A stretch of 64,000 nt of DNA from the human T2T-CHM13v2.0 reference genome, Homo sapiens. The notes under the pieces were generated by a model. It saw only the letters and a program-made list of their open reading frames with translations, searched no databases and was not told the origin of the DNA. Where the stretch lies: NCBI RefSeq assembly GCF_009914755.1, contig NC_060926.1, one strand, 5' to 3'. Positions 38,845-52,789 of this stretch are shown here, in pieces. A program made the translations under genes and the position numbers. Position 1 is the stretch's first letter. Every line of letters starts with the position of its first letter.

Positions 38845-40100
38845 AAATTATGTTTTAAACTTTTTAATATGCAAAATTTCCAGCATGTACTACAAAAGAG
38901 TTTAACAAACTCCTGTGTGCCCGTGATCCATATTCAACAATTGTCAATCCATAGCCGGTCTCATTTCATTTATAACCTCCTCTGCTTCATTATTTTAGGA
39001 CAAATCTCAAGCATCATATCATCTGTTTCAATGTGTATCTCTAAAAGAGACTTTTAAAACATACTGTACAACTATTCTCATTATAACTGCTAATACTATT
39101 TCACACCTGAAAATTAACATAATTCCTTCACATCAGATTAGTATTCACATTTTCAGGCCATTGTATAAATTAAAGTTTATTTATTTGAACTGGGTTTCCA
39201 GTAAGGACCCTAAATTGCAATTGTTGATGTCTCCTAAATCTCTCTTCATTTTAGGTTCTCTTCCGTCTCTTACTTTTCCTCCTTCTAATTTTTTGTTAGA
39301 GAAACTGCTTCATTGCCTTAGAGTTTGTCTTACTCTGAATTTTGGTTACAGCCCATGTTGTTGCATAACCTGGCTCTTTGCCCCCTTGTATTTCCAGTAA
39401 AGTGATAGCTAGCTCTGAGGTTTGATCAGAATAGTGCCTAATATTGTTTGTGCAAGTTATTTCATGGATAATGGTATTATATACTTGAGTTGGGAGGCAC
39501 ATAATGCCTGATTTCTCTTTCTCTCTCTCTCTCTCTCTTTTTTTTTTTTTTTGATGTTAGCAATCATTGATCAGTGCCCAGGTTCATTAATTCATTAAAG
39601 GTACCTTCTTAATATATCAGGAATACTTCTGTGCAGAGATGTGACTCTTCATCAGGTATGTGATCACCCTAAGAGGAAATTCATAGAAGAAACCATTTAT
39701 TTCCCAGTTCATTTCCTAGAATTTCCAGCTTTTCTTCTTTTTGCTTGCTTGCTTTTTGTTTTTTATTATCATTATGTAGTAATGGATTAAAACATTTGAA
39801 CAATCCATTGCAGTTATTTTCTTACTGATTGTCAAGTTGCCCCGCTTTGGCCAGTGAGGACCTATTCATACTGCTTTCTCAGACCTTTTGACATGACCAT
39901 GGTAGTTTGTAATAGTTTTCTTGTTCTGTGGTATGCCAAGATCTTCCAGATTCATCTCATACAGTTCCTGCCCTAGGCCTGGAACCAGCATCTCTAAGAA
40001 CCATCTTGCTCCCCCGGCCTGCATACCACCCCAGTTTCCTTAGAAATAATGCTTAGGGGCCACAACCTGAGTGCCAAGAGCATTAATTGCTATTGATTTT
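38845..40100 (-). mobile_element. Ancient L1MC/ME 3' UTR-like fragment
   Basis: aaaatttccagcat...ttattttaggacaaatctcaagcatcatatcat...ttcctgccctaggcctggaaccagc; boundaries approximate. Confidence 0.6.
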
Positions 40101-40725
40101 TTTCTGGCTGCTGGAGATGTAACAATGAATAAACACTCCTCATTATGGTTGTGTTATGTAAGGAGAGATAGCTAGCAACATCAAAAAAGTAAGATGTATC
40201 ATCTAGATTGTAGTGCATGCCTGGGGAGAAATACTAAAGAGAGGGCAAGAAGTACTTATGAGAAGTGATGGTGTCAGTTTTGGATAGAGTGGTCAGGATA
40301 GGCCCTACTGAGAAGGTGAGAAAATGATGTTGGACCATATTTGAAGAAAGTGAGGGAGTAAGAAGTGCAGATATCTGACAGGTGTTTAGCAGGCAGTGGG
40401 AAGAGAAGTGCAGTCGCCCTGGAGTGACCATTAACACCTAATGTTAACAACAAGTACAAGCAAAGTCATCTCCACAGAGAGTTTTGTCTGTTTTGTTCTC
40501 ACGTACAATGATGTCTGGCACATGGGTTTATTGAATGAATGGTTCTATCTGAAGCATTTTTTAAAATTGGCTATAGTTTTTTGTTTTGAGTGGGTAACTT
40601 CTAGCTCTAACCCTTCCAATCTTAAAAAAAATGTTGTAAACTTTGTAACATTAAAATCCGCTAAGACATTTGAGTTGAGACATGAAGCAGGGGCGTTTTG
40701 AGCACTGATTAACACATTTAATATA

Positions 40726-41214
40726 CAGTAGTCCTCTCTTATCCATGAGGGATATATTTTAAGACCCAGTGGTACCTGAAACTGAGGGTGGTACCGAACC
40801 CTCCATATACTATACTTTTTTCTTCTTCACAATGTTATGGCTTCTCTTTGGCATATCTGAATTGCCAGCATCATTACTCTTGAGCTTTGGGGCTGCTATT
40901 AAGCAAAATGAGGGTTTATTGAACACAGGCACTGAGATACTGAGACAGTTGATCTGGTAACATAAAGGCTACAAAGTGACTAATGTGAGTGGGTTGTGTC
41001 TATATCATGGATCCCCTGGACAAAGGAGCTGTTCCAGCCCTGGGCATGATGGAGCAGGAATCACAAGGTTTCATCAGCTACTAAGAGCATTGCGCAATTT
41101 AAAACTTTTGAATTGTTTATTTCTGGAATTTTTTATTTAATATTTTCAGACTGCAGTTGACTGTGGGTAGCTGAAATATTAGAAAGTGAAGCCGTGGATA
41201 AGAGAGGACTACTG
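40726..41214 (-). mobile_element. MER44/Tigger7-derived MITE (TcMar-Tigger)
   Basis: Perfect 20-bp TIR CAGTAGTCCTCTCTTATCCA flanked by TA on both sides; internal sequence resembles MER44. Confidence 0.88.
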
Positions 41215-42084
41215 TAATGCTCTGTAATATTATGAGAACATACAAGGGCTCAGATAGACTGTTAGAATGGAATGAGCCAATTGTATTAGAAGGCACAGCT
41301 TTCTTGCCCATTTTTTATTTTCATTGTCACTTAGCATAATTGCACATTAAACACAAAAAAAGAGCTATATCATTGTTGCCTAAAATATGACTACCTCTTA
41401 AAATTGAGTGACTTTAGTTGTCAAAATGTCCTTATGTGGATACAGACCAGTTGGGACCAGTTTTGCCAGCATCCAGTGGGAGCTGTGCCTAGTGAGAGTT
41501 GCTATAGAAAGTATCTCTATGCATTATCTGTTTGGTTGGCTACAGAGGAATTTATTTGCTGCTTCTCATGTATAAGGGAAAATTGGCCTTTCTCCTCTTA
41601 GAGCAATTTGGGATGGATTATTGAAAGTGTCTTATCCTCTTGTTAGAACCCCACTGGTTTTGTGGCACACTGAACACTTACTACAGCATCCCTTTAAATT
41701 CTGCACCCCCCCTCACCCCTGATATGCTGAGCAGAACTCTCATGGATCCCTCTGGCCCTGTACTCTGTCTCTTGCAGGTAGCCAGTTCTGTACTTTTTGT
41801 TAATAATATTCCTCCCTGTCTTGTCAGGGGGCAGCAGTACAGTGTTAGAGGAAACACACAAGACCTGATTTGCTGTCTGGATCCCACCACTTCCCTATGT
41901 GGCTTTGAGCTTTCCCTTGAGTTTTCAGTCTGGTTTCTCCTCATTGAGGTCAAGATAAAGTCTGCTTTGCCTCCCTCAGTGTATTATTGAACGGTTCCAA
42001 TAAAATGAGAACAGTAAAGCGCCGCGTAAGTGGAAAAGAGTATCATTATCATGAGTCTCTTTAGTGCCCAAGTCATGCTTTTTG

Positions 42085-42830
42085 ATTTATTCATTCACTA
42101 CTTAACAAATACTAATTGGACATTACCTGTGTGCCAGGTACTGCTTTCAGGACTGGAGATAGAGTGAGAACCAGACAGATGAGGTTTCTGTCCTCAAGGA
42201 GCTTGCATGCAGATGGGGCAGCAAACAATAAAATCAGTATATAAAAGAATTGCCTCAAGGGTTGAATACTCTGAGGAAAAATAAACTAGGGAGGATGCAG
42301 AGTGGCCAGGTCAGTGGGTCAGGGAAGGCTTCTGTAAGGAGAAGTTTGAGCATAGTGTGGAAGGAAGTAAGGGAGTGAGGCATGGAACACTCTAGAAGGA
42401 AGAGGGTTTCAAGTAGAAGGAAGAGCAAATGCAGATGCCCTGAGCTGTAGGGTTACCAGATAAAATACATTACAGCCAATGAAGTTTGAATTTCAGGTAA
42501 ACAATGAATTTTTTCAAATATAAGTATGTGACAAACGCTGTGTGGGACATACTTATACTAAAACAAAAACTGTTGTTTGTCTACGGTTAAAATGTAATTG
42601 AGTGCCCTGTTTCTTTTCCCTAAATCTGGCAACCCCACTGAGGTAGGAATGAACTTGCATGTTCTTGGGACTTGCAAGGAGGTTGGCTTATGTAGGGCAG
42701 GGTGAATGAGGCAAACAGTGTAGGAGTTGAAGTCAGATTCTATAAGATCTTGGTATAAATTCTGGGTTTTATTCTGAGAGCAAGGAGAAGCCATTGCAGC
42801 ATTTGAGTATGTGTAGAATGTGATCCAATT
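42085..42830 (-). mobile_element. L2 fragment hosting a MER53
   Basis: ttattcattcac..aacaaatact..tgtgccaggtactg...cctcaaggagctt...agggaaggcttct...gagaagccattg motifs typical of antisense L2. Confidence 0.75.
42448..42637 (+). mobile_element. MER53 palindromic hAT MITE
   Basis: TAGGGTTACCAGAT...ATCTGGCAACCCCA termini, central tataagtatgt/acatacttata inverted repeat, partial 8-bp TSD CTGAGCTG/CTGAGGTA. Confidence 0.88.
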
Positions 42831-44036
42831 TTGGCGTTTCGTTTGCTCTTGCTACATAGAACAAATGGTAGGAGCAAGAGTTGGAAGCAGAATTGTTGCT
42901 ACATTCGTTAACCATACAGTACTGCCACGCAGCGGGAGTATAATCACTTTAAAGGATTTCATACAGAAGACCTAGGCGATGATACTCCAATATTGAAGAC
43001 TGGACTGTGTTTTTGGGACTGTAGGAACCAAAAGTTTAGCCAATGTGCTTCAAATAGTGATTGAGCATATCAGCTCTGGGGCAAGACAGGTGGCATTTCC
43101 ATCTTTAGCTGTATCTAGTCTGTGCTTCGGCGTCTTCATCTAGCATGATAATTAGCCTTTCTCAAGAGGTTATTTGAAAAGACCAAATGAGATGACCTGT
43201 GTAAAGGGCTTATCCTCATGCTTGGCTCCTAGTACATCGCAACTTTTATTCTTTGTCTCTCCCAGCCCACTCCCCCTACACAGCTCTTCAGATAAGGAGT
43301 CGGACCAAAATATTAATCAACTCAGGTGTTGGTGCAGAGAACTAGCCTAGAAAGCTGAACCACTTACCACTTACATGAGTAGACATCCTTTACCATCTGC
43401 ATTTTATCATTAAAACTTTAGAAAGTAGAGGAATCGGGAGTTGGCATGTGGTAGAGAGAAGTGCAGGGGGCTTACTTTTTTTTAGTGTATCCCTTAATGA
43501 GTAACTTCACTGGATGTCATCAGTATAACAAATGTGTGTATGTTTATGTATGCATGTATATATAAGCGTAATCAGTGTGTCAAATGAATATTTAGATATA
43601 TAGTCAACTGTATTGATTTGATATATGACCAACTAGCCTAACAGGATGACATAAATTCTATCTTTCAGATCTTATAGGATAATAAAATTAAGAGGGTTAC
43701 CTGATCCAACTCTAAAGTAGATGAGAAAACTTGAAAGCCAAATGGTTTAAAATTACATGCCTAGTTATTTGCAGAGTTGGGCATAGAGTCCATTTTGACT
43801 GATCCCAGATTCAGTTATCTTTCCCCACTGAAATAGGTCTCTTATCCCTCACTAAGCTTGGCCTAAAGGTAACTCTAATGTATCCTGGTCAGAGAGGAAA
43901 CAAATTTCAGTTGTCACTCAGCCCTGCCACTCACTAGAGAAGTTATAGTGGCAAATTCACATTAAGCCTTGACTTCATCCCATGTAACATGTTGCTAGTA
44001 CCCGTGTTATAAGGCCCTATGGGGAATTAAATTGTG

Positions 44037-44038
<2 letters not shown>

Positions 44039-44074
<36 letters not shown>
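44039..44074. repeat. (GT)18 microsatellite
   Basis: Perfect dinucleotide run. Confidence 0.98.
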
Positions 44075-44078
<4 letters not shown>

Positions 44079-45333
44079 TACGAAGCCCAACATATTCTAA
44101 GCCTTCATACATGATGGTATGCTTATGTAACTCCTTTAAAAATTATTCTCTTAATGTTCATTGTGAAATGTATAATATGTAGATTAGCAAAAAGAAAATG
44201 AAAAGCACCCAGAACACCATCATCCAGAGATGATCTCAGACTTCTCGTATGCATTTCTCTCATTTAGTTTTGATTATACTTAAATCATCTGAAAAATACA
44301 GCATGAAATCCTGTGTGTTGGTGACCCATTAGAACAGAATACTTCACATTAATCATGAAAGAAAAAGCCATAACAAAGACTAATCATTATTCTTTCAAAA
44401 GAATAGAACATTACTACTAAGAGTTTTGCCATATTATATCTAACAACATGCATATATACATTGGATTTATTAGTTTTCACAGTAGCTTTATTACTTTTTC
44501 TTTCCATCTTTAAACTCCAACTTGAGCTGTCTTATGTATCTGCCAGCAACTTTTTTCCCCTTAATATAATGAATTGTCCATCCTACAGACCTTAGAAATA
44601 AGTCTGACCAGATTAGACTTCTAGGGACTCAGAGAATGCTTTGATTCACAATGTTCATGTTTAAGCTGCAAAACCCTTTTTGTTCAAAGAAGTTTAAATC
44701 ACTATGAGGAGGAATGTCAAAAAAACAAATTGTTGTATTTTATATCTCCTTGTTCAAGAAAAGGGATTTTATAGGGTCCTTTCCATGGAATGTGCATTGA
44801 TGTTCTAAAGTTTTAGCCTGGCTGGTCTTTGTTTGTTTTTGTTTTCTCTTCATTTTGTGGCCTGAGGCTAGTGAGCTAAAAAGATTAGTTCATGTCAGAG
44901 TTTGCTTTCCAATTGAAGGTTACTGGAGGAATGCTTCTCCTCAATCGATTGTTGTGTGCGTGTTGCCGTGAGCTCAGACAGTTTTAATTTCTTAGACTTA
45001 TGGTGGTAAATTGTAGGCTACTTTTAAGACTGTCCAGTCCCTTCCCTGGCAGAGGGCTTGAGGGAGGTCTTTCCCAGGCCATAAAAGCTGGGTAGAGATG
45101 GCGTTGACGGCAGGGGGTTGGTGGGGGGAGGCAGGGTACCCAGTGTGTCTCCATACTGAGGGGAAATATAAAATCATGTCCCAGGGAGAGAGTACCAGGA
45201 GCCACAGTTGAGAAAGTGTGAAGGAAGGTGGTCATAGACAGCTGTAGGACGCTAGGGCTCTGAGAGCCAAGAGTAGAAGAGCTATTGAGAATGACTTGAA
45301 ATAGAACCATTTTCAGGTCAAGAAGGTGGTGGG

Positions 45334-47097
<1,764 letters not shown>

Positions 47098-47986
47098 AAG
47101 AAGGTGGTGGGGCTCACCTTGGGGTCCAGCTTTATTGGTAGCATCCTCTACTGGTGGGTTAAGCTTGTTAAAGGACCCTGGACAGATCAAAAGAAAACAA
47201 AGTTAGGGATTAGGAAGTTGTTACTAGCCTTCAGCAAGATTTTCCTTGAATGTTATTAATGGTGTTCTTATTTAGGAAAATGTTGCTCATTTGAGAGCTG
47301 TTTGTTTCAGTACTTGGAGTTATTGCCAATGCTGGCTTTCTTCCAATCCTGGTAATCCTCCGAGGTTTCCCAGAGAAAGAAACGCTTTGTTTTGTTTTTC
47401 CCTTCTCCCCATGGGATAATTGGTTTATGTATAATTTAATTATTTTGTTAACCAGTTATCCTATCACAGCATACAAAAACAACCTTAAAAACCCACCTTC
47501 CCGCTCTGTGCTAAGATGTTCATAATTGATTTTCCCACCATTACGAGTGCATGTATAACAGCAAAATTTCTTGCTAAAAGCTAAATTGGATTGACTCTAT
47601 ATTTTATATTTTCAGGAGTGCCCTTGGAGCCTTAGGGAGTAATACCCAGTGATTTAGAATAAGAAGAACTAAGATAAATGATCAGTTTCAAAGAGGCATT
47701 ACAGTCTTCAGGCTTCTGTAGGGAAGTCATCTTTTTAAAAATCACCTGGGACTGTATTTTCATCACAGTGAATCTTGAAAGATTCTTCTTGCAGTGGCAG
47801 AGTGAGGAGAGAACTTTATGAGTATCTGGTCTCGCTCATGTCTCTCCTCTTAGTTGATTTTCTTTAGTCTTGTTTCATCTTTCCCCATCATGCTATTCCT
47901 GGGAAAACTTCATCCTGGTGGGTGGCTGGTAAATTTGGTTATTTACTTGGTGTAAGGTGTATTTCAAATCTCTACTTTCCTTGCTC

Positions 47987-47990
<4 letters not shown>

Positions 47991-48017
<27 letters not shown>
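47991..48017. repeat. Poly-T tract (27 nt)
   Basis: Mononucleotide run. Confidence 0.95.
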
Positions 48018-49716
48018 GCGGGGTTGGGGGTGGGATGGGGTGAGGTTAAAGATCTCACAATCAAGTCTACAATCCATTTGAAGTCTTCATGTTATAAATA
48101 TGCTTTATTGAGTCCATTAGCACAAATCTAATTGGAGCTAAATAATTCAATCTGGCCTAAGAATACAAGGTACAGATGTGCATAATGCTACTGAGACCAG
48201 CTTAGGCTTCATCCACTTGCAGGCTTTTTCTCTGCTGTTTTTCCTCATTTTTCTCATTTGTGGAGCTGCAGATATTGCCTTTCATGGTCATGTTGTTGTC
48301 AGATCCCAGTAATTAGACTGTAGGCCTCCAAGGCAAGTTGGTCTTTTCTTTTTTATGAGTAAAAACCATTTTAGCTTTCCTTGTGGGGAATCCTTTTGAG
48401 TCTCTGAATCATTCACAAATATGGTAAGGTCTAATTTTATCCCGTAAGAAGATAAGAGAATATTTCACTTTTCCTATTCAGAGATTCCGCCCTCTCCCCA
48501 AGCTTTGCTTCTCTCTGCTTATTGCTTTGGGATCATCTGCAGTGGCAGATGGCTTTATGCAAATCAGGCCAATTACTTTGGTTATAGTAAAGATCACCTT
48601 GCATTATGAGTAACTTCCAGATTAAGTAAAACTGACATGTTTCTTTGAAAACTTACCCAGACTGAGAGGGCACACTGTCTTGTGCTGACCCATGAGGCTA
48701 TAGCTCCACACATGTCTCTGCTATCTTAGTGACCCCTTTAAGGACATTCCCTCACTCTATTGCTCATTAAATTTTATAGATCTACCTGGCCATAGAAAAA
48801 TTATTTTCAATGCCTGTTAGCCATATTTCATAATCTCATTATTTATTAGTAAACGGGTGATAATGCTGTCTTCAAATTTTATGGCTAGTTTTGACAGAGA
48901 ACAGACACCAATATAACTTTAATGCATTTCTCATTTTTTTGCTAGAAATTAAGTTGCCTAATAGTCTTTGATAACCTTTGCTGAAATAATTTCTATAGAA
49001 TCAAGTTCTTTTTTCCTTTCTCTTTCCTCCTCCCCTCAATTTCTAAACCTTATTCATTGACAGAACAATCCATCTTCCAGATTGGCTCTCACAAGATCAT
49101 CAAGGTTTTTTTTTTTTCTCCTCCTTTCATTTCTTTCTCAGATAGGTTTTACCACCTTATTTCTTGAGATAGTGTGAAGCAAATAGCTAGAAAATGAGGG
49201 AAACCTTGACCAATTAGCCCTAAGCTATCAGTGGCATTCCTAACTCAGATAAAGGATTGAGTTCTGTGGCTCCAATGCCATTCCCTTTCCTTTCCAGATA
49301 TGCCACAGCAGATAAGGATCTTTCCTGTCCATTTGCTAAAGGGTCACAGAGACACCTTACATTCTCATTCCCCAGTGGCAATGTTTCAGTCTTTTAACTT
49401 TCTGCCATTAGACTGCCTTTCCTTCTGGTACAGAGATGTGAGGCTTAAATGACTAAGGAATTAATTGCTGTAAAGTACTTCGAAGGACAGATGTAAAGTA
49501 TAATCTCTTCCTTCTGACCTTTGCTGCTGATTGTTTCATCTGAGAGGGCACTTGTATCTGGAATACTAGCTAAAAGCATGGGAATTTGGCTAATAATAAA
49601 AATAGCACATATTAATATAGTGCTAGTTGTGTGCCAGGAGCTGTTCTCGGTGCTTTTTATGTATATTAATTCATTATAGATGAAGCTGCATATTTAGTGT
49701 CACTGATGCTTTTTAG

Positions 49717-49788
49717 GTTGAAAATTGGTGTCCTCATTTACCTTGGAGAGCAAAAAATCCCTACGAAGAAGCTGATCATAATTCATTG
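49717..49788 (+). CDS. MGAT5: MGAT5 coding exon (approx. aa 192-215, VENWCPHLPWRAKNPYEEADHNSL)
   Basis: ctttttag|GTT acceptor and TTG|gtaagt donor; 72 nt, phase 0/0. Confidence 0.97.
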
Positions 49789-50424
49789 GTAAGTGATTTT
49801 GGAAAACTCTTTCTAGACTTGTGCATTTAGGTCAGATGCCAAGTGATACATGTGGAATCTTCTAGAAATGCCAACTATAACCTGAAATAGTGTTACACTG
49901 AAAAACTTCTGTATTCGTCTCTGTGGAAGTCTAAGTGACTAAATCAGTCAACCATTAGCATAGGTTTGTTTACTGAGCAATTCTCTGAGGGTTCCTGAAT
50001 GATAGGCTACTGATATGAGTAAGACCTGGTACCAGCTGTGGAGGCCCTTAGTGATCTAATAAGGCTGATGGCAAATAATGACCATCTCTGTCACAAATGC
50101 TGTAATATAGGCCTGTGGGAATTAATGAGGAAGAGGTCATTTTAGTCTGCAAGGTTCAGGGTAGATTGAATAGTGAAGATGACATTGGGGCCGAATTTAA
50201 ATGATGAGTGAGTTTATATAAGGTCAAGGAGAAAAGGGTATCTCTCGTGTGGGAAAATGAGAGCATAGCAGTTTCAGGGAGGAGAGCATGCACGCATGGT
50301 TCAGTTGGCCAAGGCCATAGGTGACTGGATGAGCTAGGCTGAAGATGAAATTGGGAAGGTAGGAAGGGGACTGTGAAAGTACTTGTTGCCACATTAAAAG
50401 CTTAAGTCTTTACTCTTTAGACCA

Positions 50425-50642
50425 TAGATCACTAAACTTCTACAAAATACCCAGATAGTAAATAGTTTCATCTTTGCAGGCCATATTGGTCTCATTGCAG
50501 CTCCTCAGTTCTGCCATTGTAGCGCAGAGAGCAGCTGTATATGATATGTAAATGAAGGGGCATGGCTGAGTTCCAGTAAAATTTTATGCACAAAAACAAG
50601 CTGTGAGGATTTAGCCCAAGGGCTGTAGTTTGCTGTTCCATG
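50425..50642 (-). mobile_element. MER58A-like MITE
   Basis: ccagatagtaaatagt...gggcatggctgagttccagtaaaattttatg...gtagtttgct. Confidence 0.8.
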
Positions 50643-50696
50643 CTGTAAACCACAGGAGTCGTAGGATATTGTTTAGTCAAGAAGGGAAATGAAACT

Positions 50697-50977
50697 GGAT
50701 GTGGCGGCTCATGCCTGTAATTTCAGCACTTTAGGAGGCTGAGGCAGGAGGATTGCTTGAGGCCAGCCATTTGAGACCAGCCTGGGCAATACAGCAGGAC
50801 CCCATCACTACAAAAAATTTAAAAACTAGCTGAGCGTGGTGGCGAGTGCCTATAGTTTCAGCTACTTGGAAGGCTGAGGTGACAAGAGGATCGCTTGAGC
50901 GCAAGTTCAAGGCTCCAGTGAGCTGTGATTATGCCACTGCATTCCAGTCTGGGTGGGAGTGTGAGACCCTATCTCAA
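50697..50977 (+). mobile_element. AluJ-like element
   Basis: ggctcatgcctgtaat...aggattgcttgagg...gagaccagcctgggcaa...ccactgcattccag. Confidence 0.93.
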
Positions 50978-51758
50978 AGGGGGATAAAGAAGGAAAAGAG
51001 ATGAGTGTTCAGAATGAGCTATGGTGATTACTGAAAAGGTGGACTCAGCATGTTTGAGATGTTCTATGAAATAAATACTGGTTATTATGTTTCTCTATTA
51101 TTCCAATCACTCGTTGTATCCAGCTATATTATCCAGAGCATTAGGAAAAATATTCTTCCTGGCTTTTAATTTATTCTGTTTGGAATTTTAAATTGTTCTC
51201 ACTCATGGCAGAAAAGTAGTATTCTTGGCTCTTTAAATTCCTTAGAAAACAATGAATTTTTGTTTGGACTGGGACAAAACCAGAAGATGAGCATTTATTT
51301 CCCTATTTAACTCTGTGGACAGAAAGAGGCTTTCTGGCAACTTCCACGTTGTCAAACAGCCTGCTAAGAATTGACTTCAGTTTTCTTAGAAGTCTGCTGT
51401 CCTGTGGTAGATCCAAGTGGAACAGTAAATTTGAGTGCTGAGAATTTCAAGGTACATCAACCATACTCATTATAAAAACTGCATTTTAACATAGCTCAGG
51501 GCTTTGTAATGCCTGTGCTGCTTTTCTCAATTTCTAATTTTTTAATGATGTCCCTTTGGGCAGATCAGCAGTCAGCAGCCTTGGCTTCAGTTTGCAATCC
51601 TGGGACCTTAAAGTCAAAGCTGCAGCAGACAAGACTTACTTTTGAAGCTCTCAATTTAATTGACTAACCCTTTTAAGTTTTCAGATGTCACATCATGAAA
51701 ACTATTATGCTTTCTGACTTTTTATCTTCTATTCATTTTATTAAATTTCTGTTGCTAG

Positions 51759-51920
51759 GCGGAAATTCGTACAGATTTTAATATTCTCTACAGTATGATG
51801 AAAAAGCATGAAGAATTCCGGTGGATGAGACTACGGATCCGGCGAATGGCTGACGCATGGATCCAAGCAATCAAGTCCCTGGCAGAAAAGCAGAACCTTG
51901 AAAAGAGAAAGCGGAAGAAA
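51759..51920 (+). CDS. MGAT5: MGAT5 coding exon (approx. aa 216-269, AEIRTDF...KSLAEKQNLEKRKRKK)
   Basis: gttgctag|GCG acceptor and AAA|gtgagt donor; 162 nt, phase 0/0; ends in the basic KRKRKK stretch of GnT-V. Confidence 0.97.
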
Positions 51921-52789
51921 GTGAGTTTCTTATTAATTCAGTGCAGTTAGATGCCAGCTTTCTTTTAAAATTTGATTTTGCTTGGAAACAAGACTAAGAG
52001 AAATGTCATATCTCAAATGATATTCCCTCAGGGTGAATCTGCTCAGTCTCTTGTACAGCTGTTTTTGGGTTGTCCTTTCCCCACTTACAATGCTCCCACT
52101 TAGCAGGGTCTGGCACAAGTTTCTTGGGTGAAGCCAAGCAGAATATCTGCCTGTAAGACTTTTCCTTTGAACCTGTCTTTGTCAGGGTATCAGGAAACTT
52201 TCCCCCATTTCCTTACCTGAATCCAACCTTCGAGAGCTTCCTATTATATCATCATGAAAATTTTGTATTTTTGTTGTTTTTCATCCCTGGCTTTTGGATA
52301 GCCAGTGAGTTTCATTGTTACTCTGTCTGGTTGGTGCTTCTGCTTATGCCCGTAGGGGAGAGAGAGAGAGAAATTTGATTAAATTTGAGCCAGTTTCTTT
52401 CTAGTTTATGAGGACAGGCTTGGAAAACCTCTCGAATACCCCTGGGCTTAGAAGACTTTATGCCCTGTTAGCTATAGATTTGATGGTCTGGCTTTAGATT
52501 AACTGTTCTGTTCTGATTTCAGAACTGAGCAAAGTGAGTAATTTGCTCCCACATCTAAAAAACTTAAAAATGAGTTTGGTATTCCTAATCCAACTAATTT
52601 GATATGTTTGAAAAAGAAAATAAAGATACATTTGCAGGATCCCAAGTCACAGTTTGATAGGTCAGTTTTGCCTAGATCTCTTGAATTTGTGAGACAACAG
52701 GACCACACATTCTGTCACCAAATGGTTGTGTATGGAAGAGCATGTGTTCAGATGTGCAGGTGGGCTGTAAAAAGAAATAAAGAATTTTT

